DNA of 64,000 bases from an uncultured Gammaproteobacteria bacterium. Lineage in GTDB: Bacteria; Patescibacteriota; Microgenomatia; Levybacterales; GWA1-39-11. The position numbers were made by a program, and so were the translations under genes. The stretch is taken from positions 479,359-543,358 of the forward strand of contig CAYMYC010000001.1 of the NCBI GenBank assembly GCA_964394645.1, given 5' to 3'. The notes beneath the pieces were generated by a model. The model ran no database searches and was not told the origin of the DNA. It was given only the letters and a program-made list of their open reading frames with translations. Positions 49,008-58,361 of this stretch are shown one piece after another; within the stretch, counting starts at the first letter, position 1, and each line of letters starts with the position of its first letter.

Positions 49008-50003
49008 ATGGCAAAATCTCCAGAACTACCACACATATTCCCTAAAGAAGGGCTAATGGAGAAAAGAGCAAATGTTTTAACAAGAATTACGCCTTTTGTT
49101 GAAGAGAAACTAACCTTACTTCTTGACCCGAATAAAGCATGGCAACCCTCTTTGGTTTTACCTAGTCCTGAATCATTAGAATTCAAACAAATTCAACTGG
49201 AAGCAAAAATGCTTACTCCTGAGACAAAAGTTGTAATAGTTGGATCTTTAATCACTGAAGATGGGCTTCCAAATTTTACTGCAGAAATATCAAGGTTTGG
49301 AGAATCCTTTGGGATAGACGAGAAAGAAGACTCCCCATGGGAAAAATGGAGAAGAGGATGGGCTTCTGAAGAGGATAGACATGGAAGACTAATTGAAATG
49401 TATGTTAGAGACTCAGGAGGATTTAATGTTACACAAATTGAAAGAGACGTTCATGCATATATAAGAGATGGTTTTTATCCAGGGCATGGAAAAGACTCAT
49501 ATCAAGCTCTTATGTATACTGCCTGGCAGGAAAGGGCAACACAGGATTCTCATAGGGGACTAGCAAAAGTAGCAAAAACTGCAGGGGCAGAATACCTATA
49601 TAAAGCAGCAGGCAGAATGGCTGGTGACGAGGGGAGACATGCACAGTTTTATATTCCAGTCGTTGGTGAAATATTTAGATTAGATCCTGAAGGCGCAACT
49701 CACTCACTTTCTGAACTAGTTGCAAGAGGTCTTATTATGCCTGGGAGTAAAATGTCTGGGTTCAATGCGTTTGTTGAGGCAAGTTCAGTATCGGGAGTAT
49801 ACGGCGGGATTGAATATACCTCAATTCTTCAAGAACTGATACAGACATGGGGAGTTAAATCAATTTCACTAAGTGGTCAGGCTGATCAAAAAAGGCACGC
49901 TCTGATAGATAGAGCAGATAGGCTAACAAAAATTGCAGAAAGAGCCCGACCTAGAAACAACAGCAATTCTCTTGAAGCTCTCAAGCAGAGGTGGATCACC
50001 TAG
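49008..50003 (+). CDS. Diiron acyl-ACP desaturase family protein (stearoyl-ACP desaturase/DesA-like)
   Basis: 331 aa with two diiron ligand motifs EEDRHG and DEGRHAQFY, corresponding to the EENRHG / DEKRHE pair of soluble acyl-ACP desaturases. The start is 7 nt after the uvrB stop. Confidence 0.7.
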   Translation: MAKSPELPHIFPKEGLMEKRANVLTRITPFVEEKLTLLLDPNKAWQPSLVLPSPESLEFKQIQLEAKMLTPETKVVIVGSLITEDGLPNFTAEISRFGESFGIDEKEDSPWEKWRRGWASEEDRHGRLIEMYVRDSGGFNVTQIERDVHAYIRDGFYPGHGKDSYQALMYTAWQERATQDSHRGLAKVAKTAGAEYLYKAAGRMAGDEGRHAQFYIPVVGEIFRLDPEGATHSLSELVARGLIMPGSKMSGFNAFVEASSVSGVYGGIEYTSILQELIQTWGVKSISLSGQADQKRHALIDRADRLTKIAERARPRNNSNSLEALKQRWIT

Positions 50004-50101
50004 TCTACTTACTTGAATAAGCTCCTCCAGTTAGTCTATAATGATTAACTTCAAATTTCATTTAGAATCAATTTCGTAAGAAGTTTGTTTAATCTAAAAA
50101 T

Positions 50102-52975
50102 ATGTACGACAAAATAATAGTAAAAGGCGCGCGCGAGCACAATCTAAAGAATATTGATCTTGAGATTCCCAAAAACAAATTAGTGGTTTTTACAGGATTA
50201 TCAGGTAGTGGAAAAAGTTCCCTTGCTTTTGACACAATTTATGCAGAAGGTCAAAGGAGGTATGTAGAGTCGTTGTCAAGCTATGCAAGGCAATTTTTGG
50301 GAATAATGAAAAAGCCTGATGTCGATTTTATCGAAGGTCTTTCACCTGCAATATCAATAGATCAAAAATCGACCTCACACAATCCCCGCTCAACAGTTGG
50401 CACTGTTACTGAAATCTATGACTATTTACGCCTTTTATTCGCACGCGTAGGTCATCCTCATTGTCCAAAATGCGGTACTGAGATATCACGCACCACAAAA
50501 GAAAAAATACTTGAAGACGTAATATTAAAATTTGTAGGAATGCAGCCTGCTCGGATAATGGTACTTTCTCCTGTTGTGAAAGGAAGAAAAGGTGAATATA
50601 ACGATTTGTTTAAGGATTTGAGAAAACGCGGATATCAAAAAGTAAGAGTAGACGGAAAAATATTAGATTTATCTGAAGATATTGGGCTTATTAAAGCAAA
50701 TAAACATACCATTGACGCAGTAGTAGATAGAATTACCTTGGACAAAAATTTTGATCGCCAAAGATTGTCTGACTCTTTAGAGCAGGCGCTTGTGCTTGGG
50801 AATAGAGAGGTAATAATTACAAAAGTTAAAGATAAGGGATTTGAATTTCCAGAAAAACCAGTAGAAATGGAAGATCTTGCCTATTCAGAAAAATTTGCAT
50901 GTCCCAAATGCGGTACCTCAATATCTGAAATAGAGCCTAGAATTTTTTCTTTTAATTCACCATTTGGGGCATGTACAAATTGTAATGGGTTAGGCGTAAT
51001 TTACGCAATTGATGAGTCACTTGTATTGGCACCAGAATTAACTGTACTTGAAGGAGGAATACTTTCATTCTCAAATATTGGGGAGCAAGATACATGGTTT
51101 GCAAGAACTGTAAAGCAGGCATTATCAGAGAATGATATTCCGTTAAATAAACCAATAAAATCATTTACCTTGGAGCAGAAGAAACAATTACTGTATGGTA
51201 CGGGAGATACAATGTACCAAATAACAGGAACTAATAGATTTGGAGAAAAAACAAAAATTTACGAAGAGTTTACGGGAATAGTAAATTATATGCTTTCAAA
51301 ATACAATGAATCGGATTCTGAAATAGTAAAACGTGAAATTGAAAAGTTTATGAACCCGAAAGTATGTGAGGAGTGTAACGGTGCAAGGCTAAAAAAGGAA
51401 GCACTTGCAGTAACTATTCAAGGGAAGTCAATCGTTGAGATTACAGAAAAAAGTATAGAAGACACGCACGAATTTATTCTTCAGTTAGATTCTGTTTTGA
51501 GCGAACGCGAGAAGCAGATCGCAAAGGTGATTGTCAAAGAAATAAGTGCACGGCTAGCATTTCTTTTAGATGTTGGATTATCCTACCTTACGCTCTCAAG
51601 GAGTGCACATACGCTCGCAGGCGGTGAAGCTCAAAGAATTAGGCTTGCGTCTCAAATAGGAAGTGGGCTCTCAGGTGTTTTATATGTTCTAGATGAGCCA
51701 TCTATTGGGCTGCATCCTAGGGATAATACAAAACTCATAACAACTCTTAAAAGGCTAAAAGAAATAGGTAATACTGTTATAGTTGTAGAGCATGATAAGG
51801 AAATGATGGAAGAGTCAGACTACATTTTTGATATCGGTCCTGGGGCAGGACAGCTAGGGGGACATATTACTGCACAGGGTACACCGCTTGAACTGATGGA
51901 AAATGAGAAGTCGTTAACAGGACAGTATTTATCAGGCAAAAAGAAAATAAAAATTCATAAGAGTAAAAAAGAAGACAAAAATGAGAAAATAATTATTTCG
52001 GGCGTTACTGAGCACAATTTGCAAAATGTAACTGTGGAATTTCCTTTAGGGAAGTTGATATGCGTTACGGGAGTTTCAGGATCTGGAAAATCTACGTTAA
52101 TAAATGATGTCTTGTACCACGCACTAGCACAAAGAAAAAACCCTTATCACAAAGAACGACCAGGTGTATTCAGAGACTTAATGGGTGAGGAATACATAAA
52201 AAGAGTTTTTATGATTGATCAATCTCCAATCGGTCGTACACCACGGAGTAATCCTGCCACATATACAGGTGCCTTCACGCATATCCGGGGTATCTTTGTA
52301 AATAGCAAGGAAGCAAGAATAAGAGGTTACACACCTGGAAGATTTTCATTTAATGTAAAGGGTGGTAGATGTGAAACGTGTGAGGGTGAAGGAACGCTAA
52401 AGATTGAAATGCAGTTTCTCCCTGACGTTTTCATCCCGTGCGAAACATGTAATGGAAAAAGGTATACACAGGAAACGCTTGAGATAGAGTTTGAAGGAAA
52501 AAACATAGCAGACGTTTTAGACATGTCCATAAATGAAGCTTTAGATTTCTTTTCTTTTCATGAAGGATTATCCACAAAATTATTAACACTGAAAGAAGTG
52601 GGGTTATCCTATGTTAAGCTAGGACAATCAGCACCCACTTTGTCAGGAGGAGAAGCGCAGAGAATAAAACTTGCATCCGAACTTTCAAAAAAAGGTGGGA
52701 ATAATAGTCTGTACTTACTAGATGAGCCGACAACAGGACTTCATTTTGCTGATTTAGAAAAGCTTGCTGTAGTATTGCACAAATTAGTTGAAAAAGGAAA
52801 CACAGTGATTGTAATTGAGCATAATCTTGATATTATTAAAAATGCAGATTATATTATTGATCTGGGACCAGAAGGCGGAAAAGGGGGAGGAGCTATTGTT
52901 GCTGTAGGATCTCCACATGAAATTGCGTCAAATCCTCACTCCTATACTGGTCAATACCTGAAAAAGGAATTGTGA
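50102..52975 (+). CDS. uvrA: Excinuclease ABC subunit A
   Basis: 957 aa. Two ABC modules (GLSGSGKSSLAF / GVSGSGKSTLI; signatures LSGGEAQRI twice) and zinc-finger CxxC pairs. Confidence 0.95.
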   Translation: MYDKIIVKGAREHNLKNIDLEIPKNKLVVFTGLSGSGKSSLAFDTIYAEGQRRYVESLSSYARQFLGIMKKPDVDFIEGLSPAISIDQKSTSHNPRSTVGTVTEIYDYLRLLFARVGHPHCPKCGTEISRTTKEKILEDVILKFVGMQPARIMVLSPVVKGRKGEYNDLFKDLRKRGYQKVRVDGKILDLSEDIGLIKANKHTIDAVVDRITLDKNFDRQRLSDSLEQALVLGNREVIITKVKDKGFEFPEKPVEMEDLAYSEKFACPKCGTSISEIEPRIFSFNSPFGACTNCNGLGVIYAIDESLVLAPELTVLEGGILSFSNIGEQDTWFARTVKQALSENDIPLNKPIKSFTLEQKKQLLYGTGDTMYQITGTNRFGEKTKIYEEFTGIVNYMLSKYNESDSEIVKREIEKFMNPKVCEECNGARLKKEALAVTIQGKSIVEITEKSIEDTHEFILQLDSVLSEREKQIAKVIVKEISARLAFLLDVGLSYLTLSRSAHTLAGGEAQRIRLASQIGSGLSGVLYVLDEPSIGLHPRDNTKLITTLKRLKEIGNTVIVVEHDKEMMEESDYIFDIGPGAGQLGGHITAQGTPLELMENEKSLTGQYLSGKKKIKIHKSKKEDKNEKIIISGVTEHNLQNVTVEFPLGKLICVTGVSGSGKSTLINDVLYHALAQRKNPYHKERPGVFRDLMGEEYIKRVFMIDQSPIGRTPRSNPATYTGAFTHIRGIFVNSKEARIRGYTPGRFSFNVKGGRCETCEGEGTLKIEMQFLPDVFIPCETCNGKRYTQETLEIEFEGKNIADVLDMSINEALDFFSFHEGLSTKLLTLKEVGLSYVKLGQSAPTLSGGEAQRIKLASELSKKGGNNSLYLLDEPTTGLHFADLEKLAVVLHKLVEKGNTVIVIEHNLDIIKNADYIIDLGPEGGKGGGAIVAVGSPHEIASNPHSYTGQYLKKEL

Positions 52976-54819
52976 CTATAAAGATTATTAAAATATTTCT
53001 TATTTTCATTTTTTTGATTGTACTGCCTGTTTTTCCAAGTTATGCACAGGAGAAGGAAGACTCAAAAGATTACTTTACTGTTTCAGCTAATTCTTTATAC
53101 CAAGTTGTAAACTCCTCATCTACGCATGTTATTCAAGAAATCTCAATAGTAAACAAGAAAGAGTTTTTTTATGCTCCATCATACGCAATAACACTTCATA
53201 CGAAATCAATAAGTAACATTACTGCACGCAATGAGGCAGGTGCTATTCCCTTTACGCTAAAAGAAGGTGAAGACGGATCAAAAACAATAGAAATCACGTT
53301 TCCGGAAAAAATTGTTGGAGTTGGTAAATATAATAATTTCACCTTCTCCTATGACTCTTCAGACTTTACACATAAAATTGGGAACATACTAACCGTTCAA
53401 ATTCCTGCGCTTTCGGGTTCTCAATCTTTCGACTCATATACGGCAGCAGTAAATGTTCCAGAAGAGTTCGGAGTACCAAGCATCATAAAGCCAAATGTTT
53501 CATATAGTAAAAAGGGGAATACGTATATATTTAGCAACGGACAATTGAAAAAAGGAATAGAAATGGTATTTGGTGAATTTCAACTATACAGATTTAAACT
53601 TTCTTATCACTTAGAAAACAATAACGTATTCCCTGTTACAACTGAACTTGCCTTGCCTCCAAACACATCTTATCAGGAGGTAATTGTGGAAAATGTAACA
53701 CCAAAACCTAAGAAAACGTACAGAGATATAGATAAAAATACGCTTGCAACATATTTACTACCGCCAAAAACTACAACCCATGTTACCGCAGAGGTTTTAA
53801 TTAAAGTAAAAAATATACCAACACAAGAAGTTTTGTCAGAATCACAAAAAAAAATATATTTAAAACCCCAAAAATACTGGGAAGTTAATGATCCGGAGAT
53901 ACAAAAAATTGCAAAAGACTTAAAAACTCCTTTAGCAATATATGAGTATGTTGTAAAAACGCTGTCGTATGAAACAAAAAAAGCAAATTTAGAAAACGTG
54001 AGACAAGGAGCAAAAAACACACTCTCAAACCCTTTATACGCAGTTTGCCTTGAATTTACTGACCTTTTTATAAGTCTTGCGCGAGCAGCTCAAATTCCCG
54101 CAAGATCTGTAGAGGGTTATGCCTATACTGATGACTCACAAGATAAACCTTTATCATTGTTTGAGGATGTTCTGCATGCTTGGCCAGAATATTACGATGA
54201 AAATAAAAAAACATGGGTTATGGTAGACCCCACTTGGGGGAATACAACAGGAGGAGTAGACTACTTTAACTCACTCGATTTTGATCATGTTGCGTTCGTC
54301 ATAAACGGGGAAAAGAGTTCATATCCGGTTCCTGCAGGAGGGTATAAAACAGAAGAAGAAACAAAAGATATTGTCGTATCATATCCTGATTCAGTTGCAT
54401 TTGTTAAAAATTCAAAGATTCAAATATCAGGTTCTTTCTCCTCTTTTACAAAGAGTAATTTAATAGAGAGTAAAATAAAACTTATAAATTTAGGTAATTC
54501 TGAATCTAGTCTTCAAAAAGCAGAAATTTATCTTGATGGAAAAAAATCACTTGCCATATCGCTCCCTGAGGTTCCTCCATACGGAGAAGCTGAATTTTCA
54601 ATTGCTATACCTTTGCGCCATACAGGATTTCTTTCTTCTTTGACAAATTTTAATCATACTATTACAATTCATGATGAGAACGGACGGGAGCTATATGCTG
54701 AAAAAATTAAAACATTCCCGTTTTCTCAATACTATTTGATAGGAGGTGCAATTTTTATTGGAATCATATTTATATTCGTCCTTGCCTTCAAAACCAGGAG
54801 TTTACCTCTTCAAAAATAA
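52972..54819 (+). CDS. Transglutaminase-like cysteine protease superfamily protein, extracytoplasmic, with a C-terminal TM anchor
   Basis: 615 aa. Signal peptide or TM at the N-terminus. Core Cys in AVCLEFTDLFISLARAAQIPARSVEGYAY, His in LHAWPEYY, Asp in VMVDPTWG. C-terminal TM helix. Overlaps the uvrA stop by 4 nt and the uvrC start. Confidence 0.8.
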   Translation: MTIKIIKIFLIFIFLIVLPVFPSYAQEKEDSKDYFTVSANSLYQVVNSSSTHVIQEISIVNKKEFFYAPSYAITLHTKSISNITARNEAGAIPFTLKEGEDGSKTIEITFPEKIVGVGKYNNFTFSYDSSDFTHKIGNILTVQIPALSGSQSFDSYTAAVNVPEEFGVPSIIKPNVSYSKKGNTYIFSNGQLKKGIEMVFGEFQLYRFKLSYHLENNNVFPVTTELALPPNTSYQEVIVENVTPKPKKTYRDIDKNTLATYLLPPKTTTHVTAEVLIKVKNIPTQEVLSESQKKIYLKPQKYWEVNDPEIQKIAKDLKTPLAIYEYVVKTLSYETKKANLENVRQGAKNTLSNPLYAVCLEFTDLFISLARAAQIPARSVEGYAYTDDSQDKPLSLFEDVLHAWPEYYDENKKTWVMVDPTWGNTTGGVDYFNSLDFDHVAFVINGEKSSYPVPAGGYKTEEETKDIVVSYPDSVAFVKNSKIQISGSFSSFTKSNLIESKIKLINLGNSESSLQKAEIYLDGKKSLAISLPEVPPYGEAEFSIAIPLRHTGFLSSLTNFNHTITIHDENGRELYAEKIKTFPFSQYYLIGGAIFIGIIFIFVLAFKTRSLPLQK

Positions 54820-56044
54820 CGAAAAAAAGATAATTTATATTGGTAAAGCAAAGAATCTTAAAAAAAGAGTTTCATCCTATTTTCAAAAAGGCGCTCATGA
54901 CGCAAAAACTACACATTTAGTAAGCGCTATTAAATCAATAGAGCACACACCAGTAAGCTCTGAAATAGAAGCATTTTTACTGGAAGCAGAGCTTATTAAA
55001 AAGTATAAGCCTTATTATAATATCCGTTTTACTGATGATAAATCTTACCCATATATTATGATTACAACCAATAGTTTTCCTTATGTATCAGTGGTGCGTA
55101 AGATGAATAACAAGAAGGCAGATTATTTCGGTCCATACCCTGATGCAGGATCAGTAAAAACTGTACTTAAAATTTTAAGAAGAATATTTCCTTATCAGTC
55201 GGTTAAAAATCACTCAAAAAGAAAATGCCTGTATTATCATCTGGGACTTTGTCCTTGCCTTCCTGCAGCCCCTGAAAATAGAATCCAATACATGAAAAAT
55301 TTGAGGCTTTTAAAAAGCTTTTTAGGAGGAAAAACGGGTAAGGTTACTGAAGCACTTAGAAAAGAACAAAAACGCAGTATTCAACATGAGGAATTTGAAA
55401 ACGCTTCAAGTATTCAAAAGCAGCTTGACTCAATAAAAAAGATTACTCAAGAGACATTTGATCCATTTTTCTACATATCTACCCCAAATGCGCAAGCCAA
55501 ACGTGAAAAGAATGAAAATGAGAATCTAAAAACTTTGCTTACCAGCTCTGGGCTAGAATTAACCGCTCTTAACAGAATAGAGTGTTATGACATATCAAAT
55601 TTTCAAGGAACAAATGCTACCGGTTCTATGACAGTATTTGTTGATGGAAGCGCTACAACAAGCGAATATAGAAAGTTTAAAATTAAAAAGCTTTCAACAC
55701 CAAATGATTTTGCAATGCATCAAGAAGTAATGGCAAGACGCCTAAAACATACGGAGTGGGGAATGCCTGACCTTATTATAGTAGATGGTGGAAAAGGACA
55801 AGTGAGCTCTGTTTTACAAGTTCTTGCTCATATGAATGTTAATTTCCCTGTCATTGGTCTTGCAAAACGGTTTGAAACTATTATTCTACCTGAAAAAGCT
55901 GGAAAGCAGATTATCTTTAATGAGGTAAGAGTTCCTTTATCAACTCCTGCGCTAAATTTGGTGCGGCGAATACGAGACGAAGCACATCGTTTTGCAATTT
56001 CATATCACAGAACGTTAAGAAGTAAAAAAACATTTACAGATTAG
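54758..56044 (+). CDS. uvrC: Excinuclease ABC subunit C (short form lacking the C-terminal HhH region)
   Basis: GIY-YIG domain PGVYLFKNNEKKIIYIGKAKNLKKRVSSYF...EAELIKKYKPYYNIRF, a UvrB-interacting region and an RNase-H-like endonuclease domain (LIIVDGGKGQ). The ORF in the track starts at GTG 54746. An AGGAGG Shine-Dalgarno at 54741-54746 favours a TTG start at 54758. Confidence 0.85.
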   Translation: MESYLYSSLPSKPGVYLFKNNEKKIIYIGKAKNLKKRVSSYFQKGAHDAKTTHLVSAIKSIEHTPVSSEIEAFLLEAELIKKYKPYYNIRFTDDKSYPYIMITTNSFPYVSVVRKMNNKKADYFGPYPDAGSVKTVLKILRRIFPYQSVKNHSKRKCLYYHLGLCPCLPAAPENRIQYMKNLRLLKSFLGGKTGKVTEALRKEQKRSIQHEEFENASSIQKQLDSIKKITQETFDPFFYISTPNAQAKREKNENENLKTLLTSSGLELTALNRIECYDISNFQGTNATGSMTVFVDGSATTSEYRKFKIKKLSTPNDFAMHQEVMARRLKHTEWGMPDLIIVDGGKGQVSSVLQVLAHMNVNFPVIGLAKRFETIILPEKAGKQIIFNEVRVPLSTPALNLVRRIRDEAHRFAISYHRTLRSKKTFTD

Positions 56045-56069
56045 AATCAGTCTGTTAGCATAGAATGTA

Positions 56070-56474
56070 ATGAAGTTTATACTCCAACAGCTTATAATAG
56101 CTATTATCTCTCTTTATCTCACATCGCTTTTTTTCCCTGGACTTGTTATTTCTGGCGGGTTTCCACAACTATTTCTTGCGTCTTTATTTTTAGTTGTAGG
56201 GTTTGTTGTTATACGCCCTTTGATAAATCTTATTACGCTTCCTTTAGGAATTCTTACGTTGGGACTTTTTTCTGTTATTACAACTTCAATAGTTCTATTT
56301 TTAATAACCGTAATCGATCAAAATTTTAATATTGTACCTTTCCCTTTTTCCGGTTTCTCATTTTACGGACTCGTAATTCCTTCATTTTATGCCAATATAC
56401 TTTTGTCTTACATATTAATTTCTGCTACAATACAGGCAGTACAAAAAGTATTGATGTACATATTTGATTTATGA
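56070..56474 (+). CDS. Hypothetical membrane protein
   Basis: 134 aa with four hydrophobic helices. Overlaps the secG start by 4 nt. Confidence 0.45.
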   Translation: MKFILQQLIIAIISLYLTSLFFPGLVISGGFPQLFLASLFLVVGFVVIRPLINLITLPLGILTLGLFSVITTSIVLFLITVIDQNFNIVPFPFSGFSFYGLVIPSFYANILLSYILISATIQAVQKVLMYIFDL

Positions 56475-56689
56475 ATTCAGCATATACAGTTGTCCAGATA
56501 GTGATAGCGGTTTTAATAGTTATCACAATAATTTTACAGACCAGAGGTTCATCTTCTGGAATGGCTTTTGGAGGGGGAACGGAGAGCTATAGAGGCAAGA
56601 AGGGAATGGAAAAAGTATTGTTTTACACAACAATAATTCTTGCTGCTATCTTTGCTCTTATTTCTATTCTGTCTCTCATCAATCAGTAA
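56471..56689 (+). CDS. secG: Preprotein translocase subunit SecG
   Basis: 72 aa with two TM helices flanking a Gly-rich loop (LQTRGSSSGMAFGGGTES). Confidence 0.75.
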   Translation: MNSAYTVVQIVIAVLIVITIILQTRGSSSGMAFGGGTESYRGKKGMEKVLFYTTIILAAIFALISILSLINQ

Positions 56690-56753
56690 TTTTTGGGGCA
56701 CTTTAAAGTGACGTGAGACTTTATATCCTGTGAGAAACTAAAAAGTAAATTTT

Positions 56754-58091
56754 ATGGTATTGGTAAGACGCAGATACTATATCTGGTTATTTAAAGCATA
56801 TTTTAAGAAGTGGAAGAAAACTATTTTTTCCTCAATATTAGTAGGTGCTTGCGTCTTTTTTGTTTTTCTTCTAATCTTAAATTACTACGTTTTTCCTATA
56901 TTTAATAATAGCGTTGTAAAAATTGGGTATGCAGGCTCCTATACTTTAGCAACACTACCCCAAGCGGTACTTAAAGATGTTTCCTATGGTCTAACAACCG
57001 TAGAACCAAATAATAAGGTGCTACCTGCTGCTGCATCTTCATGGGAAATTTCAAAAAACGGACGAGTATATACATTTGTTTTACGTGATAATTTAAAGCT
57101 ATCAAATGGGAAGAAATTTTTAGCAGAAGATGTCCCCTATAAATTTAAGGACGTTGAAAGTAAGGTAATTGATGCAAACAAAATTCAATTTACCCTTAAA
57201 AATGCCTACGCACCGTTCTTATCAGTTGTCAGTTCTCCAATAATAATACAAAATTATGGGTTAAATGAGTATCATATTGCAAAAATAGAGGAGAACTCCG
57301 GGTTTATAAAATCCTTAACATTAACTAATAAAGACAGTACCAAAAAGAAAATATTTTATTTTTATCCAACAGCAGATGCATTAACTACTGCCTTTATGCT
57401 AGGCGAGGTTTCTAAAATGGAAAACGTTTTGCCTGATACAAATCCTGAAAAAAACTTTTCCGCATGGGGAAACGTAGAAGTTCAAAAGAGCACAGATTAC
57501 ACTCAGCTAATTGGTATTTTTTTTAATACCTCTGATAATATTCTTTCAAATAAAAAAGTACGTCAAGCACTAACCTATGTATTACCAAAAACTTTTCCTG
57601 AAGGTGAAAGAACTTTCTCCTTTATTCAACCGAATTCTATATATTACACAGAAAGTCCAAATGAAGGAATTTTAGACCTTGCGCTATCTAGATCTCTTTT
57701 GTCAGCGTCAGAAATTAAGAATCCTACTATAACATTAAAAACACCAGATGAGCTGAGGTCAATTGCACTAGCAGTAGCTAAAGAATGGAAAAAAATTGGA
57801 GTAAAGACAGATATTATTACGACAAATGATCTTCCAACAACTTACCAAGCGCTTCTTTACACGATGAGATTGCCATACGATCCTGATATGTACACTATTT
57901 GGCACTCTGGACAAGTAAATAACATTACACACTACAAAAATGTGAGGATTGATAAATTACTTGAGGATGGAAGACAAGCCACTGATGAAAATAAGCGTAT
58001 TCAAATATATGCCGACGTCCAAAAATATTTATTAGACGATGCGCCTGCAGCTTTTCTTTACTTCCCATACAGCTATACAGTATCACGATAA
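56754..58091 (+). CDS. Solute-binding protein family 5 (OppA/DppA-like) domain protein with N-terminal TM anchor
   Basis: 445 aa. The region after the TM (LPAAASSWEISKNGRVYTFVLRDNLKLSNGKKFLAEDVPYKF) matches the conserved SBP_bac_5 N-terminal block. Confidence 0.6.
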   Translation: MVLVRRRYYIWLFKAYFKKWKKTIFSSILVGACVFFVFLLILNYYVFPIFNNSVVKIGYAGSYTLATLPQAVLKDVSYGLTTVEPNNKVLPAAASSWEISKNGRVYTFVLRDNLKLSNGKKFLAEDVPYKFKDVESKVIDANKIQFTLKNAYAPFLSVVSSPIIIQNYGLNEYHIAKIEENSGFIKSLTLTNKDSTKKKIFYFYPTADALTTAFMLGEVSKMENVLPDTNPEKNFSAWGNVEVQKSTDYTQLIGIFFNTSDNILSNKKVRQALTYVLPKTFPEGERTFSFIQPNSIYYTESPNEGILDLALSRSLLSASEIKNPTITLKTPDELRSIALAVAKEWKKIGVKTDIITTNDLPTTYQALLYTMRLPYDPDMYTIWHSGQVNNITHYKNVRIDKLLEDGRQATDENKRIQIYADVQKYLLDDAPAAFLYFPYSYTVSR

Positions 58092-58093
58092 TT

Positions 58094-58119
58094 TATTGCC
58101 TCAGCAATATTTATTTGTT
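58094..58119 (+). terminator. Candidate weak rho-independent terminator after the SBP gene
   Basis: TATTGC-ctca-GCAATA hairpin followed by TTTATTTGTT. AT-rich stem. Confidence 0.35.
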
Positions 58120-58142
58120 AAAATCTATTAGCTTCGTGAGTT

Positions 58143-58215
58143 GCGCCTGTGGCTCAATGGATAGAGCACTTGTCTTCGGAACAAGGGGTTGCGTGTTCGA
58201 CTCACGCCAGGCGCG
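58143..58215 (+). tRNA. tRNA-Arg(TCG)
   Basis: Acceptor GCGCCTG/CAGGCGC, D arm GCTC-AATGGAT-AGAGC, anticodon stem CTTGT/ACAAG with loop CTTCGGA, T arm GCGTG-TTCGACT-CACGC, discriminator G. Confidence 0.8.
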
Positions 58216-58232
58216 CACTATTAAATATTGAA

Positions 58233-58304
58233 GGGCGACTAGCTCAATGGTAGAGCAATTCCCTCTTAAGGAATCGGTTCGGGGTCCGAATCCCCGGTCG
58301 CTCA
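58233..58304 (+). tRNA. tRNA-Lys(CTT)
   Basis: Acceptor GGGCGAC/GTCGCTC, D arm GCTC-AATGGTA-GAGC, anticodon stem ATTCC/GGAAT with loop CTCTTAA, T arm CGGGG-TCCGAAT-CCCCG. Confidence 0.85.
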
Positions 58305-58361
58305 CAAATGTCTTATAGTTAGTGTTTTTCTGTATAATCTGCTATAATCCTCGTATACATT

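Noticed and set aside
58111-58305. 64-aa minus-strand ORF
   Set aside because: It exactly overlaps tRNA-Arg(TCG) and tRNA-Lys(CTT) on the other strand and is spurious.
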